A stretch of 35,181 bases of DNA from Actinomycetota bacterium (GCA_013152275.1 JAADGS010000045.1:62001-97181); one strand, 5' to 3'. Numbered from the stretch's first letter, positions 8,883-21,065 are shown. Translations and numbers: made by a program. Notes: a model not told the origin generated them from the letters alone.

Positions 8883-9658
8883 CCAGGCGTAGGCTCGATG
8901 TCGAGCTCGTTCGCAGAGGGATTGCTGCAAGCCGCAGCGAAGCCCAGGCCGCCATCGAATCGGGAAAAGTGATGGTTGGAGGAGTGCCGACCCCGAAGCC
9001 GTCCACCATGGTGGACGGCTCATCATCCCTACGTCTCGCTCGGAGGTCGTCGCGATTCGTCTCTCGAGGCGGCGAGAAACTTGCCGGGGCCCTCGCCACA
9101 TTCGAAGTAGCAGTTGCCGGGAGACACTGTCTCGATGCAGGAGCGTCGACAGGTGGATTCACCGATTGTCTGCTCCAGGCGGGAGCTTCATCGGTCGTCG
9201 CCTTGGACGTGGGGTACGGACAGTTGGCGTGGAGGATCCGACAGGACCCGAGGGTGCGGGTCGTGGAGAGAACCAACCTCCGTCACGTGGACCCCGCCGC
9301 CATCGAAGCTCCGTTCGAGGTGATCGTCGCCGACCTCTCCTTCATCTCCCTCTGCACCGTTGCTCCGATCCTCGCCGCTTGCAGCGCCGAGGACACAGAC
9401 TTCGTCCTGCTGGTGAAACCGCAGTTCGAAGCAGGAAAGGGCAAGGTTGGCAAGGGCGGGATCGTGCGCGACCCTAGGGTGCATGTGGAAGTTCTCAACA
9501 AGGTGATCCACTGTCTCGAGCAAGCAGGTATCGGTGCAAGGGAGCTGATTCGCTCTCCCCTCCGGGGAGCAGGCGGGAATGTCGAGTTCTTGCTCTGGGC
9601 AAGATGGGGACGTGTGACGGTGAATGACGAGAAAGTCGAAAAGGTGGTGCACGCGTGA
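8879..9658 (+). CDS. tlyA: TlyA rRNA 2'-O-methyltransferase; probable CTG start
   Basis: N-terminal S4 motif RRRLDVELVRRG...SRSEAQ lies upstream of the first canonical start; FVSRGGEKL, DAGASTGGFTD, KPQFE. Confidence 0.92.
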   Translation: MTRRRLDVELVRRGIAASRSEAQAAIESGKVMVGGVPTPKPSTMVDGSSSLRLARRSSRFVSRGGEKLAGALATFEVAVAGRHCLDAGASTGGFTDCLLQAGASSVVALDVGYGQLAWRIRQDPRVRVVERTNLRHVDPAAIEAPFEVIVADLSFISLCTVAPILAACSAEDTDFVLLVKPQFEAGKGKVGKGGIVRDPRVHVEVLNKVIHCLEQAGIGARELIRSPLRGAGGNVEFLLWARWGRVTVNDEKVEKVVHA

Positions 9659-10458
9659 GGCTGACGATGGTCGTACACGAGCGGCGTCCACAGGCGGGAG
9701 CCGTGGCGCAGCACTTCCGGGAAGGCTGCCTACAGCGAGGCATCGAAGTCGTCGACCAGGACGCAGAGCACGTTGACGCGGTCATCGCCATCGGTGGCGA
9801 CGGAACGGTCCTGCGCGCGGCGAGGATCGCACTCGAGTCGGGTGCCGCGCTCCTCGGAGTCAACGTCGGACGGAAGGGATTCCTGGCCGATGTCGAACCG
9901 ACAGGACTTCCCGACGCGCTCGACGTGTTGGCGTCGGGCGTGTGGCGCGAATCGGCCCGCATGACGATCCAGGCGCGCATGAACGCAGGAGAAGCCGCTG
10001 TGGGCATCAACGATGTCGTGGTCGAAAAGACCGGAGGGCACAGCATCATCTCGATCGAGGTACGCGTCAACGGTGAACGGTTCATCGACTATCACGCTGA
10101 TGGCCTCGTGTTCGCCACCCCGACCGGTTCGACCGCCTACAACCTCTCTGCCGGTGGGCCACTGATGGATCCAGAGGTCGAGGCGCTGATCATGTCACCG
10201 GTTGCACCGCATTCGTTGTTCTCGAAGTCGGTGATCCTGCATCCCGATACCGAGATCAGATGCACGGTGGTCGCCGACAGGCCTGCCGGCGTCAGTGTGG
10301 ACGGACGAGATCTCGGAACGGCGTACAACGGCGACATGATCATCATCGAACGCGGATTCGCACAGGTTCGTTTCATCGACATTTCGGGTACGTCGTTCCC
10401 CCGGCGCGTGAAGGACAAGTTCCATCTCAACGAGGACAGAAGGTCGGTGAGCGGCTGA
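9655..10458 (+). CDS. nadK: NAD(+) kinase
   Basis: GGDGT, GVNVGRKGFL, IND, ADG..FATPTGSTAYNLSAGGP. Confidence 0.95.
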   Translation: MRLTMVVHERRPQAGAVAQHFREGCLQRGIEVVDQDAEHVDAVIAIGGDGTVLRAARIALESGAALLGVNVGRKGFLADVEPTGLPDALDVLASGVWRESARMTIQARMNAGEAAVGINDVVVEKTGGHSIISIEVRVNGERFIDYHADGLVFATPTGSTAYNLSAGGPLMDPEVEALIMSPVAPHSLFSKSVILHPDTEIRCTVVADRPAGVSVDGRDLGTAYNGDMIIIERGFAQVRFIDISGTSFPRRVKDKFHLNEDRRSVSG

Positions 10459-12051
10459 ATGCTCGATGAGTTGAAGGTTCAGAACCTCGGCATCCTCGAT
10501 GATGTCAACATCGAGCCTGGTCCGGGATTGGTGGTCGTCAGCGGTGAGACCGGCGCAGGAAAGACCATGCTCCTCGGAGCGTTGCGCCTGTTGATGGGCC
10601 AACGCGTGCCCACCGACACGATCGGGCCACGGGCAGGAGAAGCCATGGTCGAGGGCCGGTTCGTCATCGATCAGGAGGAAACGGTGCTTGCACGGCGCGT
10701 CGCACATGGACGGAGCCGCGCCTACATCGACGGGCACATGGTGCCGGCGCGTGTGCTCGAACAGCGGACGCAGTCGCTCATCGAGATCATTGGCCAGCAC
10801 GATCGGCTGAAGTTCGCCCGGCCGGGTGCGATGCGCAACTTCGTCGACGCCGGGGGGATCTCGCGTTCCGCGCTCGAGCTCTACCGGGACGCATGGCGCA
10901 AGGTGAAGGGACTCGAAGCAGACCTTGCGGCACTTGGAGGCGACCGTCGTGCCTTGGAACGCGAACGCGATCTCCTCTCGTACCAGCACAACGACATCAT
11001 GTCTGCCGGTTTCCAGGCCGGCGATGACGAAACCTTGCACCAAAGTGTCGTTCGCCTGCGCAATGCAGGGGAACTGACCGAGCGCCTCTCGAGAGTACAG
11101 GCGGCACTCGAAGAAGCCATGACGGCCGCCGGATCGGCGATCGACGAATTGAGGGCCGTCGCAAGCCTCGACCCGTCGACGGCCCCACTGGTCACCGAAA
11201 CCGACGAGGTGGCCGTACGTGCGAGTGAAGTGTTCACCCAGGTGCGCCTGCTCATGGAAGGTATCGAGCACGATCCTGCCGCACTCGAGCTGCTGGAACA
11301 GCGCATTGCACGCCTGTCCGATTTGCGTCGCAAGTACGGCGCCACGCTCGACGATGTGCTCAGTTTCGGTGCGCAGGTGCACGACAGACTCGAGCAGTTG
11401 GATCGACTCTTGAGCCGGGCGGATGCGACCGGAGACGAGCTGGACGAAGCGAGGAAAGAACTCTCGGCGGCGGGCAGAGCCCTCCTCCTCGCTCGGCAGC
11501 AGGCGGCAGCCGGCATCGAGGCGGAAGCGGCGGAGCACCTTCGCGAACTGGGGTTCTCCAACGCCACGCTTCATCTGGTGGTGGAGGATGCAGAAGCCGG
11601 GGCGAACGGAGCCGACACCGTCCACGTTCTCTTCGCGTCGGATGACCGGCTGACCCCCGGACCCATCGATCGTGTTGCATCCGGAGGAGAGCTGAGCCGA
11701 ATCGTGCTTGCTCTTCACCTGGCTGCAGACGTCGGACGCGTTCCCATCGTCGCCTTCGACGAGATCGACGCGGGCGTCGGCGGCGAGACGGCGCTTGCGC
11801 TGGGGAGGAAGCTGGCGAAACTCGCGATCAACCGTCAGGTACTTTGTGTCACACACCTTCCGCAGGTCGCCGCCTTCGCGGAGCGCCACTTCGTCGTCAC
11901 CAGGGATGGGACCCGAGCACGCGTCGAGAGCGTGGAGGGGGACGACCGGTTGCGGGAGTTGTCGAGGATGCTGGCCGGACTACCCGAATCGGAGCAGGGT
12001 CAGAGGCATGCCGAAGAGCTGATCGCCACTGCGCAGGGATATGATGGCTGA
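10459..12051 (+). CDS. recN: DNA repair protein RecN
   Basis: GETGAGKT, GQHD, ASGGELSR, FDEIDAGVGG, VTHLPQVAA. Confidence 0.95.
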   Translation: MLDELKVQNLGILDDVNIEPGPGLVVVSGETGAGKTMLLGALRLLMGQRVPTDTIGPRAGEAMVEGRFVIDQEETVLARRVAHGRSRAYIDGHMVPARVLEQRTQSLIEIIGQHDRLKFARPGAMRNFVDAGGISRSALELYRDAWRKVKGLEADLAALGGDRRALERERDLLSYQHNDIMSAGFQAGDDETLHQSVVRLRNAGELTERLSRVQAALEEAMTAAGSAIDELRAVASLDPSTAPLVTETDEVAVRASEVFTQVRLLMEGIEHDPAALELLEQRIARLSDLRRKYGATLDDVLSFGAQVHDRLEQLDRLLSRADATGDELDEARKELSAAGRALLLARQQAAAGIEAEAAEHLRELGFSNATLHLVVEDAEAGANGADTVHVLFASDDRLTPGPIDRVASGGELSRIVLALHLAADVGRVPIVAFDEIDAGVGGETALALGRKLAKLAINRQVLCVTHLPQVAAFAERHFVVTRDGTRARVESVEGDDRLRELSRMLAGLPESEQGQRHAEELIATAQGYDG

Positions 12052-12076
12052 GTTCGCCTCCGGGCTGCTACGCTGA

Positions 12077-14267
<2,191 letters not shown>

Positions 14268-14271
<4 letters not shown>

Positions 14272-15395
14272 TCATTGGAGTGCCCCGAGAGATCAAACCA
14301 GGGGAGCATCGCGTTGCCATCACCCCCGTCGGTGTCCGTGAGCTCGTCGGCCGTGGCCACCGGGTCGTCGTCGAGACCCACGCGGGGGAAGGTTCGACGA
14401 TCCACGACGTCGAGTACGAAGATCAAGGCGCCCAGATCGCCGCATCTGCTCGAGAGGTCTTCGAGATCGCCGATCTCATCCTCAAAGTGAAAGAGCCGCA
14501 GCTGCCCGAGGTTGCGATGCTGCATGCAGAGCAGGTGCTGTTCACCTATCTGCATCTGGCCGCCCATCCGGACCTGACGTCAGAGATGCTCCAGCGGGAC
14601 ATCATCGGCATCGCGTACGAAACCGTCGAACTTCCCAGTGGAGCGCTACCGCTGCTCGCTCCGATGTCGGAGGTGGCCGGGAGGATGGCGACGCAGGCCG
14701 GTGCCTACTTCTTGGAGAAGGCACACGGTGGACGGGGTGTGCTGCTTGGCGGTGTCCCGGGGGTCATGCCGGCAAAAGTCGTCATCATCGGCGCAGGCAT
14801 GGCCGGCACCAACGCAGCGATGATGGCCGCAGGCCTCGGTGCCAGAGTGGTCGTGCTCGACAAGGACGCGGCAAAGCTGCAGGCCCTGGATGCCCTCTAT
14901 CGTGGGCGTATCCTGACTCTCTCCTCGAACATGCTGACCCTCGAGGAACAGGTGCGGGACGCGGACCTTGTCATCGGCGCGGTGCTGCTCCCGGGAGCAT
15001 CCGCTCCCAAGTTGGTGACCGAGACGATGGTGAAGGAGATGAAACGCGGCTCCGTACTCGTCGACATCGCGATCGATCAGGGCGGGTGTTTCGAAACGAG
15101 CAGAGAAACGACACACCATGACCCCACCTACATACTCCATGAGGTCGTTCACTATGCCGTCGGAAACATCCCGGGCGCCGTTCCACACACCTCGACCTAC
15201 GCACTCACCAACGCGACCCTGCCTTACGTGCTGGCGCTGGCCGACGATGGGGTTTCAGGAGCCGTTGCCAGACATCCCGAGTTGCTGTTGGGGCTGAACA
15301 TCATCGGCCCGGCCATCGTCCATCGAGCCGTGGCAAAGAGCCTCGAGTTGGAATACACAGATCCAACACCGATCCTCGACCGCCGGCCGAATTGA
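14268..15395 (+). CDS. ald: Alanine dehydrogenase
   Basis: IGVPREIK..EHRV, KVKEP, FTYLHLA, PMSEVAG, DIAIDQGGC. Confidence 0.96.
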
Positions 15396-15402
15396 TGCGA
15401 AG

Positions 15403-16293
15403 GTGGATGCGACAAGCACCCAGGAAGGAGTCGAGGAATACCTCGCATCGCTGGTAAGTGAGCGAGGTCTCTCGGCAAATACGGTAGCTGCGTATCGCCG
15501 CGACCTCGAGCGGTATCTGACGTTCCTCGATGGTCGGGCCAGTACGGCCGGGTCGGTCGTCGAGTTCGTCTCGATGCTCCACGGATCGTCATTGGCTCCG
15601 TCCACCGTCGCCCGCAAGGTGGCAGCCCTTCGAGGCCTACACCGCTTCCTGGTGGCCGAGGGTTCCAGTGCCGAAGATCCGACGGTTTTGATCGAGACGC
15701 CAAAACTCCCACGCAGTCTGCCCAAGGCCCTCACGGTGCAAGAAGTGCTGAGCCTGCTGGACGCACCCGATGTATCTTCTCCGCTCGGCCGCAGAGACCG
15801 GGCATTACTCGAGTTCATGTACGCAACCGGTGCACGCGTCTCCGAGACGACCGGCATCGACATGGAGGCGATCGACCTCGAAGAGCGGACGGCCCTCGTG
15901 ACCGGCAAGGGTTCCAGGCAACGAGTCGTCCCGATCGGATCGTACGCGGTCGAGGCCATTCGGGCCTATCTGCCCGACCGCATGGAGTTGAAGTCGGGAC
16001 GCCCGGATCCGGGTGCTCTCTTCCTCAGTGCCAGAGGGCGAAGGCTGAGCCGGCAGGGCGTATGGCTGATCGTGCGAACTCTGGCGCAGCGGGCGGGTAT
16101 CACCCCGGATCGCGTTTCTCCCCATGTGCTTCGGCACTCGGCGGCGACCCACATGGTGGAAGGGGGAGCGGACCTGAGAACGGTCCAGGAAATGTTGGGG
16201 CACGCTAGTATCTCAACCACACAGGTGTACACCAAGGTCTCTCCTCAACACCTTTACGAGGTGTACGTTATGTCGCACCCACGGAGCAGGTGA
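15403..16293 (+). CDS. xerD: Site-specific tyrosine recombinase XerD
   Basis: YATGARVSE, GKG..QR, SPHVLRHS.ATH, EMLGH, TTQVYT; conserved core location. Confidence 0.92.
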   Translation: MDATSTQEGVEEYLASLVSERGLSANTVAAYRRDLERYLTFLDGRASTAGSVVEFVSMLHGSSLAPSTVARKVAALRGLHRFLVAEGSSAEDPTVLIETPKLPRSLPKALTVQEVLSLLDAPDVSSPLGRRDRALLEFMYATGARVSETTGIDMEAIDLEERTALVTGKGSRQRVVPIGSYAVEAIRAYLPDRMELKSGRPDPGALFLSARGRRLSRQGVWLIVRTLAQRAGITPDRVSPHVLRHSAATHMVEGGADLRTVQEMLGHASISTTQVYTKVSPQHLYEVYVMSHPRSR

Positions 16294-16300
16294 ACACACA

Positions 16301-16633
16301 ATGGACGATATCCGTTCGACACTCACGAGGGAACGCGAAGAGCTGGTTCGTCAGCTCGAAGAGTTCGGCGCGACCGATCGCGGCAACCTTCGTTCAGACG
16401 TTCAGTTTTCAGGATCCTTCGCGGACGCCGGTGCCGCCACTGCCGAACGCAGTGAGGTGATCGGTATCGTCCAGAGCCTCGCACGCCGGGTTCGGATGGT
16501 CGATCGAGCACTTGCCAAGATGGACGAAGGCACCTACGGAACCTGTGACCGTTGTGGCGAACCGATCCCGGAAGCCCGTCTCGAGGCTCGGCCAGAATCT
16601 GTGCTCTGCGTCGAGTGTAAGTCCCGTTCTTGA
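16301..16633 (+). CDS. DksA/TraR C4-type zinc-finger protein
   Basis: Coiled-coil N-terminus, AL.KMDEGTYGTCDRCGEPIPEARLEARP...CVEC. Confidence 0.9.
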   Translation: MDDIRSTLTREREELVRQLEEFGATDRGNLRSDVQFSGSFADAGAATAERSEVIGIVQSLARRVRMVDRALAKMDEGTYGTCDRCGEPIPEARLEARPESVLCVECKSRS

Positions 16634-17238
16634 GTCCGATCGTCCAAGGTCTGATCTTCATCGCGGCGCTGGCGCCGTCGGTCATCCTGCATGAAGTGGC
16701 TCACGGCTGGGTAGCGGAACGTTTCGGTGATACCACTGCACGAGACGCGGGCCGAATCACCCTGAATCCACTCGTTCACATCGATCCGCTGGGAACGGTC
16801 ATCCTTCCGGCCGTGCTTGCACTGACGGGTGCGCCGGTGTTCGGATGGGCCAAGCCTGTCCCTGTCGTTCCAGCGCGTCTCCACAGGCCGGTACGAGACA
16901 TGGCGATCGTCGGTCTGGCCGGACCGACCACCAACGCGATCCTCGCTCTGCTGGCGGGCCGGCTGCTCCTGCCGGTCGTTTCCGGTTGGGTTGCCGTCGC
17001 CGTCTGGGCGTTTGCCTATGTCAACGTCGTGCTTGCGATCTTCAATCTCCTTCCGGTCCCACCACTGGACGGTAGCCGTCTCCTACCGCTCCTTCTGGGT
17101 ACGCGGGGTCGCAGCACATGGGCGGCCATCGAGCCGTTCGGCCTCTTGATCATCTTCGCTCTCCTGTTCATTCCCAAGTTCTCGGTGTTGCTGATGGCAC
17201 CGATCAAGGCGCTCGCGCGAGTTGCAGGACTCCTATGA
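16630..17238 (+). CDS. Site-2 protease family (M50) membrane metalloprotease
   Basis: HEVAH, LNPLVHIDP, GWAKPVP, AGP, FNLLPVPPLDG; TTG start overlaps the upstream stop. Confidence 0.92.
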   Translation: MSPIVQGLIFIAALAPSVILHEVAHGWVAERFGDTTARDAGRITLNPLVHIDPLGTVILPAVLALTGAPVFGWAKPVPVVPARLHRPVRDMAIVGLAGPTTNAILALLAGRLLLPVVSGWVAVAVWAFAYVNVVLAIFNLLPVPPLDGSRLLPLLLGTRGRSTWAAIEPFGLLIIFALLFIPKFSVLLMAPIKALARVAGLL

Positions 17239-17741
17239 ATGCTCTCCGATACTGGGGGCATCTGGCGCGGCGGTTTCTCGAAGCCCTCACTGCTCGCCCT
17301 CTCGACGAGCAGGCGAAGAAAGAAGTCTCGGAGCTGCTGCGATCCGACGCCGAGAAGAGGGCCTTCTTCGACCAACCCGTTGCAGACCAGCAGCATGGTC
17401 TGGCGGCAGCAAGACTGGTGATGGACAGGATCGATCTCCGGCGGGCGGCCCTGCTGCACGATATCGGGAAGCACGAGGCCGGACTCGGGGTCTGGGGGAG
17501 ATCGGTGGCGACCGCCCTCGTGGCGCTCCACATCAAGGTCCGCGGTCGTTTCCGAAGGTATCTCGATCACGGGATCATCGGCGCCGCCATCCTGCAAGAA
17601 CTCGGTGCCGAAGCGATAGTTGTCGATTTCGCCAGATATCATCAAGCTGGGCGGCCACCGACGATCCCGCCAGACGACTGGGATACGTTGCAGCGCGCCG
17701 ACAGAAAAGCGCGAACCCTGTTCATGAGGGCAATACGATGA
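17235..17741 (+). CDS. HD-domain (HDIG-type) protein
   Basis: DQQH...ALLHDIGK...YLDH...H...LQRAD. Confidence 0.8.
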   Translation: MNALRYWGHLARRFLEALTARPLDEQAKKEVSELLRSDAEKRAFFDQPVADQQHGLAAARLVMDRIDLRRAALLHDIGKHEAGLGVWGRSVATALVALHIKVRGRFRRYLDHGIIGAAILQELGAEAIVVDFARYHQAGRPPTIPPDDWDTLQRADRKARTLFMRAIR

Positions 17742-17748
17742 GGGCGCC

Positions 17749-18513
17749 GTGAAGACCTACGAAGTCAAAACCCCCGTGTTCGAAGGACCTCTCGATCTCC
17801 TCCTGCAACTTATCACAAGACACCAGGTGGAGATCACCGCGGTGAGCCTCGTCGACCTCGTGGATGAATACCTGGAAACGTTGCAGGCGCTCGAGCAACT
17901 CGACATGGAGGTTACGAGTGAGTTCGTCCTCATCGCCTCCACCTTGATCCAGCTCAAGGCACGCCGCCTGCTCCCCACAGACGAGGGTGTGGACCTGGAT
18001 GAGGAACTCGAACTCATGGAAGAACGGGACCGCCTCCTCTCACGTCTGCTCGCGTGCGTGACGTTCAGAGACGTCGCCGCGGTGATCGCGTACCGCATGG
18101 AAGAAGCGGGACGGTACGTATCGCGCGCCGGTGGCCTGGACTTCTCGCCGCTACGCAAGCCACCCGAAACGGTACTCACGATCGGAGCGCAAGGCCTTGC
18201 TGCTCTTGCCACACGTCTCCTCGACACAACCGAGGTGGAACCTGATCTCGATCACCTCGATCTGGATCTCCCCTCGGTAGGTGAGGCGATGGTGGATCTC
18301 AGGAACCGGGTCGTCACCGCCGCCGAGGCAGACTTCTCCGACCTCGTTGCACATACAGAGAGAACCGTGGAGATCGTCGCCTACTTCCTGGCACTGCTGG
18401 AATTGGCGCGCTGGGGGGTTGTGGAGGCAAACCAGGCCGGCTGGCTGTCGGAGATTCATGTCAGAGCGACCGAGACCGAATCATGGGAGGAGGTCGTCAG
18501 TGAGTGGGAGTGA
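17749..18513 (+). CDS. scpA: Segregation and condensation protein A
   Basis: FEGPLDLLLQLI, KARRLLP, FLALLELAR. Confidence 0.93.
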   Translation: MKTYEVKTPVFEGPLDLLLQLITRHQVEITAVSLVDLVDEYLETLQALEQLDMEVTSEFVLIASTLIQLKARRLLPTDEGVDLDEELELMEERDRLLSRLLACVTFRDVAAVIAYRMEEAGRYVSRAGGLDFSPLRKPPETVLTIGAQGLAALATRLLDTTEVEPDLDHLDLDLPSVGEAMVDLRNRVVTAAEADFSDLVAHTERTVEIVAYFLALLELARWGVVEANQAGWLSEIHVRATETESWEEVVSEWE

Positions 18514-19072
18514 GACTACGGCCGTCTCGGTGCTCGAAGCGATTCTGTTCGTGGCCGAGGAGCCGGTGCCCGTCGAGGAGCTGGCAGAGGTGTTGGAGAT
18601 GAGCACCGATCGGGTGGAGTCTGAACTCGCCAATCTTGCCCTCGAACTGGATCAGAGGGGCTCAGGCCTGGTCGCACGCACCGTCGGAGGTGGCTGGCGC
18701 CTGTACGCCAGACCCGGCGTACGGGCCTACTTGGAGCGCTATGCAACCACCGCAAGCGCTACGCGGCTCTCTCCGGCGGCGCTCGAAGTCCTCTCCATCG
18801 TCGCCTACAAGCAGCCGGTATCACGCGGGCAGATCGGAGAGATTCGTGGTGTCGATTCCGGTTCGGCGGTTCGGACCCTGGAGCGGCGAGGCCTGATCGA
18901 AGAACGCGGGCGCCTCTCGGTGCCAGGGAACCCGGCCGTGTACGGTACCTCTGCCCTCTTTCTCGAGAAGCTCGGCATCGGCTCACTCGACGATCTTCCG
19001 CCACTCGCCGATCACGTCCCGCCTTCGCAGGTCGTCGAATCGCTCGAGGACACCTTTCGTACAGACCTGTGA
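18500..19072 (+). CDS. scpB: Segregation and condensation protein B
   Basis: LEAILFVAEEP, LSPAALEVLSIVAYKQPVSR, IRGV, YGTS..FL..LG; GTG 18500 start. Confidence 0.93.
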   Translation: MSGSETTAVSVLEAILFVAEEPVPVEELAEVLEMSTDRVESELANLALELDQRGSGLVARTVGGGWRLYARPGVRAYLERYATTASATRLSPAALEVLSIVAYKQPVSRGQIGEIRGVDSGSAVRTLERRGLIEERGRLSVPGNPAVYGTSALFLEKLGIGSLDDLPPLADHVPPSQVVESLEDTFRTDL

Positions 19073-19785
19073 ACGAACGCCTCCAGAAACTCATCGCTCA
19101 TTCGGGACTCACCTCGCGCCGCGGAGCCGAGGAACTCATACGGCAGGGGAGGGTGACGGTCGATGGTGCAGCCGCACACCTGGGGCAGAAGATCGACCCT
19201 GAGCAGGCATCCGTCTTGGTCGATGGGGTTCCACTCCCCGTGGCACCAGGTCTCGTCTACTACCTCCTCAACAAGCCGTCGGGGGTCGTCAGCACGGCGA
19301 GCGACCCTCAGGGCCGCCGGACGGTTGTCGAGATCATCGGTGATCACATGAGACTCTATCCGGTAGGGCGACTGGACGTGGACTCCGAGGGGCTGCTCAT
19401 CCTCACGAACGACGGAGACCTCGCCCACCTGTTGACGCATCCGAAGTTCGAAGTCACCAAGACATACACGGTGCTGGTCGACACGAACCCGACCGCCCGT
19501 CAACTCCGGGATCTGCAGGAAGGTGTCGAGCTGGAGGACGGGCCTGCGGCAGCACTCTCCGCACGGGTGATCGATCGTTCGAAGGGACAGGCGTTGATCG
19601 AGATTGTGATGGGCGAGGGACGCAAGCGGGAAGTGCGCCGGATGTGTGACGAGGTCGGCCTGCCCGTTTTGAGACTCGTCCGGACGGCCATCGGTCCCCT
19701 GCGCGATCGTTCCCTTCGCCCCGGATCGTTCCGGTCATTGACCATTGAGGAAGTGCGAAGCCTCTATGGGGCAGCGATCCCGTGA
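19069..19785 (+). CDS. rluB: 23S rRNA pseudouridine synthase (RluB/RsuA family)
   Basis: ERLQK S4 domain, LNKPSG, VGRLDVDSEGLL.LTNDG, EGRKREVRRM. Confidence 0.88.
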   Translation: MNERLQKLIAHSGLTSRRGAEELIRQGRVTVDGAAAHLGQKIDPEQASVLVDGVPLPVAPGLVYYLLNKPSGVVSTASDPQGRRTVVEIIGDHMRLYPVGRLDVDSEGLLILTNDGDLAHLLTHPKFEVTKTYTVLVDTNPTARQLRDLQEGVELEDGPAAALSARVIDRSKGQALIEIVMGEGRKREVRRMCDEVGLPVLRLVRTAIGPLRDRSLRPGSFRSLTIEEVRSLYGAAIP

Positions 19786-21065
19786 GGCGCTGCATCAGGC
19801 CGACCACCGCCCGGGGAGAGATCACCGTTCCTGGATCACGAAGCATCGCGAACCGGGTCCTGGTGGCAGCGGCCCTCGCCGAGGGAGTGAGCATCATTCG
19901 GGGGGTTCCCGTCTGTGACGACACAGAGGCGATGATCTCCGGACTGCGCAGTCTCGGTGTGACGATCCGCAGGGAAGGCAACGAGCTCCGGGTCACAGGA
20001 ACAGGCGGGAGAATAGGCAGGCCCGGAGCGATCGTCGATGCGATGGCCTCTGGCACGACCGCACGGTTCCTGACTGCTGTCGCATGCCTCGGCGGGCAAC
20101 AGGCCGTCGTTGACGGTGTGAAGCGGCTACGCGAACGACCTCTACGACCTCTCGTCGAGGCGCTTGGGAACGCGGGGGCACACATCCATGGGACACACCT
20201 CCCCATCGTTGCCGGGGGGAGCAGACTCACGGGCGGCAGTCTCGAAGTGGATGCCTCGGCGTCGAGCCAGTTCGTCTCTGCACTGGCCCTCATTGCGCCT
20301 GTGGTCGACGGAGGTCTCTCGATCAGGTGGAGTGAACTCGTGTCGAGGCCTTTCGTCGAGATGACGGTGGAAGTCATGGCGATCTTTGGCGTCACGGCGG
20401 AACTGTCCGACCGTGTTCTGGTCATCCCGGCGGGAGCCGCTTATCGGGCGGCCGAGATGTCGGTCCCCCCCGATGCCGCATCTGCCGTATACCCGGCTCT
20501 GGCCGCTGCCATCACCGGAGGCAGCGTCGTGATCGAAGGGCTGCGACCGGCACCTTCCCAGGCGGACCTGCGAGTGTTCGAGGTTCTCGAGCAGATGGGC
20601 TGCCGTATCGTATGGAGCGAAACGGGCGTGAGCGTGGACGGTCCTGAACGACTGCGTTCCGTGAACGTGGACATGGGTAGTGCCCCGGACGGAGCCCTCG
20701 CCGTGGCGATCGCAGCAGCATGTGCCGATGGGACATCGACGATCCGTGGACTCGGCACGCTTGCGGCAAAGGAAAGTGACCGCATTGCCGGACTCGCCGA
20801 AGGGTTGACAGCCATAGGGGCCGTCGTCGAGGCCCATACCGCAGGCCTTTCGATCACTTCCGGCGATTCTCGTGGTGCAACCATCGATCCGCGCGCTGAT
20901 CATCGGATGGCGATGGTGTTCTCCGTCGCCGGGATCGCCAACGAAGGGGTGTGCGTCGAGGACACGAACTGTGTGAGCAAGACGTGGCCCGACTTCTATG
21001 AAGAGATGGGACGGATCTGTGGCTCAGACTGGGCATATCCAGCCCCCCAGGAGTCCACCGAGTGA
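19782..21065 (+). CDS. aroA: 3-phosphoshikimate 1-carboxyvinyltransferase (EPSP synthase)
   Basis: PGSRS..NR, SGTTARF, RP, SSQFVS, KESDR, DHRMAM, SKTWPDF. Confidence 0.92.
   Translation: MRRCIRPTTARGEITVPGSRSIANRVLVAAALAEGVSIIRGVPVCDDTEAMISGLRSLGVTIRREGNELRVTGTGGRIGRPGAIVDAMASGTTARFLTAVACLGGQQAVVDGVKRLRERPLRPLVEALGNAGAHIHGTHLPIVAGGSRLTGGSLEVDASASSQFVSALALIAPVVDGGLSIRWSELVSRPFVEMTVEVMAIFGVTAELSDRVLVIPAGAAYRAAEMSVPPDAASAVYPALAAAITGGSVVIEGLRPAPSQADLRVFEVLEQMGCRIVWSETGVSVDGPERLRSVNVDMGSAPDGALAVAIAAACADGTSTIRGLGTLAAKESDRIAGLAEGLTAIGAVVEAHTAGLSITSGDSRGATIDPRADHRMAMVFSVAGIANEGVCVEDTNCVSKTWPDFYEEMGRICGSDWAYPAPQESTE

Noticed and set aside
10195..11889. 564-aa minus-strand ORF and other long antisense ORFs (3630-4511, 12800-13726, 28530-29549)
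   Set aside because: Shadow frames of well-supported genes in high-GC DNA; no motifs
15403..16293. Tyrosine recombinase as a phage or island integrase
   Set aside because: XerD-like sequence in the conserved pyrG-NUDIX-ald-xerD-scpAB context, with no att sites or mobile genes
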